In this document: positions 59,930 through 64,000 of the stretch, piece after piece
Position numbering within the stretch: position 1 is the stretch's first letter
Layout of the letters: the number at the start of each line of letters is the position of its first letter
Assembly: GCA_016839765.1 (NCBI GenBank)
Contig: JAEOTP010000068.1
Span: forward strand, 27,218 to 91,217
Source of the DNA: Promethearchaeota archaeon
GTDB lineage: Archaea; Asgardarchaeota; Lokiarchaeia; Sigyniarchaeales; SOKP01
Direction: 5' to 3'
Length of the DNA stretch: 64,000 bases
Translations under genes and position numbers: made by a program
Notes under the pieces: model-generated
What the model was told of the DNA's origin: nothing
The model's input: the letters and a program-made list of their open reading frames with translations, nothing else
Databases searched by the model: none

Positions 59930-61993
59930 ATGATTAGAACCGTAAAGAAATTTTCCAATTTTGATGTATATGCTATTGTTAAAGAATTAGATTTAATTTT
60001 ATCAAATAGTTCGATTTCTAATGTTTATGAAGTTGAAGAATTATTGGTACTAAAAATAAATACCTCACAAGGGAAAAAAAATTTAATTGTTAAAGAAGAT
60101 TCTCGGATTAATTTAACTGAATATGATTATCCAGTTCCTAAATATCCAAGTCAATATATTATGTCTTTAAGAAAATTCTTAAAAAATAAACGAATTCTAA
60201 GAGTTTCTCAATACAATTTTGATAGGATAGTAATTATTGAGTTAAGCAATGGCGAAGCAGAACCTTGGAAGTTTATTATTGAACTGTTTAATAAAGGTAA
60301 TTTTTTGTTGTTAAATGAGAATAATATTGTTAAAATTGCTAAAAAATATAAAAGATTTAAGGATCGTAATGTTTTAGCTAACAAAGAATATATTTTTCCA
60401 AAATCACGAGGGATTGATTTTTTAAATATAAATAAAGATAATTTTAAAGAATTATTGAAATTAGATACAGACGTGGAAGTAGTAAGATATTTAGCAAGAA
60501 ATGTAAACATTGCCGGTTTTTATAGCGAAGAAATATGTTATAGAGCAGAAGTAGATAAAAAATTAGTTGGTGCGGATTTGTCTGAGGATGATGTAGAAAA
60601 ATTATATAACTCTTTTAAAAAATTAAGAAATGAATTACTCTTTGGGAAGATCGACGGTAAAATTATTTATGATAATAATGGTAATGAGATTTTTGTTCTT
60701 CCTTTCGAATTAAAATTGTTTAAAGATTATAAACAAAAAAAATTCGAATCTTTTAACAATGCCGTCGATGAATTTTTCTCAAAATTAGATTCAGAAAAAT
60801 TAATCATTCCCAAAGATCAAAAAATTTTAGACCAAATCAAATCTCAAAAAAAAATCTTAAAGAATCAACAAGAATATCTAGAAGAACTTAAAATTAAAAA
60901 GAAAAAATATTATACGTACGGAGATTACATTTATTCTAATTTTAGTACGTTAGATAAGTTATTTGCAATAATCCTAAATGCAAAAATAAAAAGATATGAT
61001 TGGGAAAAAATTAATGATGAGTTACAAAAAGCTAAAATGAAGAGTTTAGAAGATATCGATATTTTCGAGAAGTTAATACCCTCAACTAAGCAAGTGCTCA
61101 TTAAAATTAATAGTGATGAAGTTTATTTAGATTTAAAAAAAAGCATTGGTGAAAATGCTAATTTAATTTACTCTAAAGGAAAAAAAGCTGATAAAAAGAT
61201 AAAAGGTACTATAATAGCTATTGAAAAAACTAAAGCAAGTATTGAAAACTTAAAACTTGAGAAAGAATCTATGGAAGCTGAAGTTGATTTCTTAATAAAA
61301 AAACCAAAAAAGAAATGGTATGAAAAATTCAGATGGTTCTTCTCATCAGATGGATTTCTAGTAATTGGAGGAAGAGATGCCTCATCCAATGAAATTCTAT
61401 TTAAGAAATATATGGATTCAAATGATCTAATATTTCATACAAATTTTCCTGGATCTCCATTAACTGTTATTAAAAATCCTGAAAATAAGGAAATTCCTGA
61501 AATAACTATTAATGAAGCAGCGAACTTTGTAGCAAGCTATTCACGTGCATGGAAAGAAAATTGGGGTATGGCTGATGTTTTCTATGTGAACCCATCACAA
61601 GTTTCAAAAAGTCCACCTTCAGGTGAATTTTTAGCAAAAGGTTCTTTTATTATTTCAGGTAAAAAGAAATTTATTAAGAACGCAAAAACAGAGCTAGCAA
61701 TTGGATTAAATATTATAGACATCAGTCCTAATATAGAAGATAAGGGTGGAATTCTTTATCCTAAATTGATCTGCGGACCTCTATCAGCAATTCATATACA
61801 AACAAATTATTATGCATTAATAATACCATCAAAATCAGAAGGCTTAACCAAAGGAAAATTAGCTCAAAAAATAAAATCCTACTTTATTAACCATGTTGAT
61901 AACAAACTAAAAAAATGGATAAAATTATTGACAGTTGATGAAATATTACTTTGTTTACCAAGTGGACTCTCAACAATTAAATCAAGATCTTAA
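59930..61993 (+). CDS. rqcH: RqcH/NEMF (NFACT) (copy B)
   Basis: Same motifs; 687 aa like copy A. Confidence 0.95.
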   Translation: MIRTVKKFSNFDVYAIVKELDLILSNSSISNVYEVEELLVLKINTSQGKKNLIVKEDSRINLTEYDYPVPKYPSQYIMSLRKFLKNKRILRVSQYNFDRIVIIELSNGEAEPWKFIIELFNKGNFLLLNENNIVKIAKKYKRFKDRNVLANKEYIFPKSRGIDFLNINKDNFKELLKLDTDVEVVRYLARNVNIAGFYSEEICYRAEVDKKLVGADLSEDDVEKLYNSFKKLRNELLFGKIDGKIIYDNNGNEIFVLPFELKLFKDYKQKKFESFNNAVDEFFSKLDSEKLIIPKDQKILDQIKSQKKILKNQQEYLEELKIKKKKYYTYGDYIYSNFSTLDKLFAIILNAKIKRYDWEKINDELQKAKMKSLEDIDIFEKLIPSTKQVLIKINSDEVYLDLKKSIGENANLIYSKGKKADKKIKGTIIAIEKTKASIENLKLEKESMEAEVDFLIKKPKKKWYEKFRWFFSSDGFLVIGGRDASSNEILFKKYMDSNDLIFHTNFPGSPLTVIKNPENKEIPEITINEAANFVASYSRAWKENWGMADVFYVNPSQVSKSPPSGEFLAKGSFIISGKKKFIKNAKTELAIGLNIIDISPNIEDKGGILYPKLICGPLSAIHIQTNYYALIIPSKSEGLTKGKLAQKIKSYFINHVDNKLKKWIKLLTVDEILLCLPSGLSTIKSRS

Positions 61994-62734
61994 TTTTGAT
62001 TTAATCCACTGTTTTATTTTAGGAATGTTTTTGTAGTTATCAAATAAAATGCCATCAATCCCTATATTAATCAAGGATTTAATGAGTTTTATAGGATTTT
62101 CACTTACAATAAAATCCCAGGATAATGGTAAAATTTCATTCTTATGACAGATATCAATAAACTTAGATGAAACCAGGCTTGATCTTAAACTAATTATATC
62201 TGGCTTGAAAATTAACTTTTTTTGTGCGCCTTGCTTTAAGAAATCATCTAACTTGAACTCTTGTGCTTTAGTAATATTATAACATATTCTACATTTGGGT
62301 AATTTAGCTTTCATTAGTTTTAAGATATGAATATCCCGCCCACTGATAATTGATTCTTCTATTAAATCATTTTCTTTAATTGTTTTTGTTATTTCATCAT
62401 GTAAATGTTCTTCTTTTAATTCAATCATGAATTGTATTCTTCTTTTTAGCAGTTTTAAAACTTCAGACAATAATGGAATTTGTTCTTGACATTTTTTTGT
62501 TTTTATAGTCTTAAGTTCATCATAGTTATGGTTATCTAATCGTCCTGTTCCATATGTCATTCTATCTAACGTGGAATCATGCATAATAATTAATTGTCCA
62601 TCTTTTGTTTTCCGCACATCCAATTCAATATAATTTGCACCGTATTCTATTGCTTTCTCAAAGGCATTTATTGTATTTTCATCAAAATCGGTTCTTGTTC
62701 CTCTATGCCCGATATATAAGAATTCAGATTTCAT
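61982..62734 (-). CDS. Glycerophosphodiester phosphodiesterase (copy B)
   Basis: GHRG, ENT, IELDV, HD, IELK. Confidence 0.92.
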   Translation of the reverse strand: MKSEFLYIGHRGTRTDFDENTINAFEKAIEYGANYIELDVRKTKDGQLIIMHDSTLDRMTYGTGRLDNHNYDELKTIKTKKCQEQIPLLSEVLKLLKRRIQFMIELKEEHLHDEITKTIKENDLIEESIISGRDIHILKLMKAKLPKCRICYNITKAQEFKLDDFLKQGAQKKLIFKPDIISLRSSLVSSKFIDICHKNEILPLSWDFIVSENPIKLIKSLINIGIDGILFDNYKNIPKIKQWIKSKLRS

Positions 62735-62758
62735 TATTTTAAGAATATCTTAAATCTT

Positions 62759-63175
62759 TTAAATCTCTTGGATTAAATACAAATAAATTAAGATTATTAT
62801 AATTCCTAAAACAGTAAATGTAAAAACCCAGAGATTTAGAATAGACTGGCCCAAAGATAAAACTATGAGAAATAGAAATTCTTTCCAACTTATAGGTTTC
62901 CCAACAATTTCTTTATAATTTCCTATACTAACCATCATAAAGAAGAAAAATAATAAAATAACACTAGTTTTAATCAATAAATCTATTATGTCAAATAATA
63001 CATTTTTATCCATAAAAACAGTAATGATCTCAATATTAAAGAAAATAGATATAATTAAAAATATACCTCCAAAAATAACAGAAATAATTACGGATCTATA
63101 GGCAAATTTCTCGTTAAAAGCTTGTTTGGCTTTAAAATTTGTCTTTTTATTTGGGGATTTAGAAATTTTTGACAT
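62759..63175 (-). CDS. Small 4-TM protein (copy B)
   Basis: Homolog of 34616-35029. Confidence 0.85.
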   Translation of the reverse strand: MSKISKSPNKKTNFKAKQAFNEKFAYRSVIISVIFGGIFLIISIFFNIEIITVFMDKNVLFDIIDLLIKTSVILLFFFFMMVSIGNYKEIVGKPISWKEFLFLIVLSLGQSILNLWVFTFTVLGIIIILIYLYLIQEI

Positions 63176-63176
63176 T

Positions 63177-63977
63177 TTATCGGCGATACCTTTCCATAAT
63201 TTCCTTTAGTTTTATAATTCTATAAATATAAAATCCATATAATACTACAGCAAGACTGAAAATTACTATAGTAAAAACAAAAATTGTTAGTTTTAAAAGA
63301 GGTAATTCACTTTCGGGAGGGTGGTTTATATTAATTAAAAAAATACTGCTTTTCATAATTCCTTGAGGATAACTGGGAGTAAGTCCATATGTTATATTAA
63401 AAGCGAAAGGTTCACCATATTCCAAATAAACATCTTCATCAATATCTCCTTGAAGATTATTTATTGGAATAGAAAATTCATAAGTAGAAGTTTCACCTTC
63501 CAATTTTGCAGCTCCATTGCCATTTGATGCAGAATCTGGAATAAAAACACTGTTATTTATAAAATAATCAAAATAGTCGAACTCATCTTCAGTTATATTA
63601 GAAAATTGAACAATTTTCGCATCTATAAAATCTTTTATATCTTCAGAAGAACTATTTGAAATTAAAATCCCTACAAATTCACTCGTTCTATTTACCACTA
63701 TAGATTCCAATTCAATTTTAACTGCAATATATAGATTTGAACTGCTTTGCATTACCCATAAATTAATTGGTAAATCAGTTAAGTTTGTCTGAATTTTATA
63801 TGCTTCATCCCATTCGTTGGCAAATGAATCAATCTGCCCATCAATAGTAGGAGTTTTGCCAAAGTTAGGATCGATTTCTTCCAAAGCACCATGACAAGGT
63901 ATTGTGAAAAGTACTGAAATGAAAAATATGTTAATAATAAACATAGATAATAAAATTTTAAGAATTAGTTTCCTCAA
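63177..63977 (-). CDS. DOMON/CBM9-like surface protein (copy B)
   Basis: TPTIDGQID..NEW, DFIDAKIV, FYIYRI.KLKE. Confidence 0.75.
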   Translation of the reverse strand: MRKLILKILLSMFIINIFFISVLFTIPCHGALEEIDPNFGKTPTIDGQIDSFANEWDEAYKIQTNLTDLPINLWVMQSSSNLYIAVKIELESIVVNRTSEFVGILISNSSSEDIKDFIDAKIVQFSNITEDEFDYFDYFINNSVFIPDSASNGNGAAKLEGETSTYEFSIPINNLQGDIDEDVYLEYGEPFAFNITYGLTPSYPQGIMKSSIFLININHPPESELPLLKLTIFVFTIVIFSLAVVLYGFYIYRIIKLKEIMERYRR

Positions 63978-64000
63978 GATATTATTGCCACGTAATTATA

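Larger units (their letters stand above)
33748..63977. repeat. Diverged inverted duplication of a 14-gene block (arms ~33748-48355 and ~48867-63977+)
   Basis: Every gene in the left arm has a homolog in the right arm, 11 of them in mirror order and strand; axis at tRNA-Arg. Confidence 0.97.

Noticed and set aside
33748-63977. Recent inverted duplication or fold-back read artefact
   Set aside because: The arms are far too diverged, with indels, an internal inversion and a gene-content difference.

Overview
AT-rich chromosomal DNA from an Asgard archaeon, most likely Lokiarchaeia/Promethearchaeota. Evidence: archaeal L15e, Rpp30/Pop5, Cdc6-like, TrpB2, intron-containing tRNAs, many TTG starts, and roadblock, longin/NPRL2-like and EMC6-like eukaryotic-signature proteins. 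The first 33.6 kb is mostly housekeeping and metabolic: MoxR ATPase, Dam, a glycyl-radical enzyme, tRNA-Ala, ValRS, smc-scpA-scpB, a degenerate Cdc6, L15e, an accessory block and RNase P subunits. From 33.7 kb to the window end, 14 genes are present twice as diverged copies in a near-mirror arrangement centred on a tRNA-Arg gene (~48.55 kb). This is either a chimeric join of two related genomes or a real large inverted xenologous block. The two copies act as a built-in comparative genomics test. They reveal (1) a conserved unannotated Trp-rich leader peptide (FWxWxWxW) with a C/U-rich tract upstream of both trpB2 genes, a candidate ribosome-mediated Trp attenuator in an archaeon, and (2) a conserved non-AUG (ATT/ATA) start on the roadblock gene. 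Other highlights: a 1482-aa SMC with no recognisable hinge (an internally repeated helical hairpin instead, plus 90-aa arm repeats), a kleisin with an extra SAP/Rho-N-like domain, a box C/D sRNA predicted to guide Gm2251 of 23S rRNA, and two tRNAs with non-canonical BHB introns. All family calls and identities are by eye; no searches were run.
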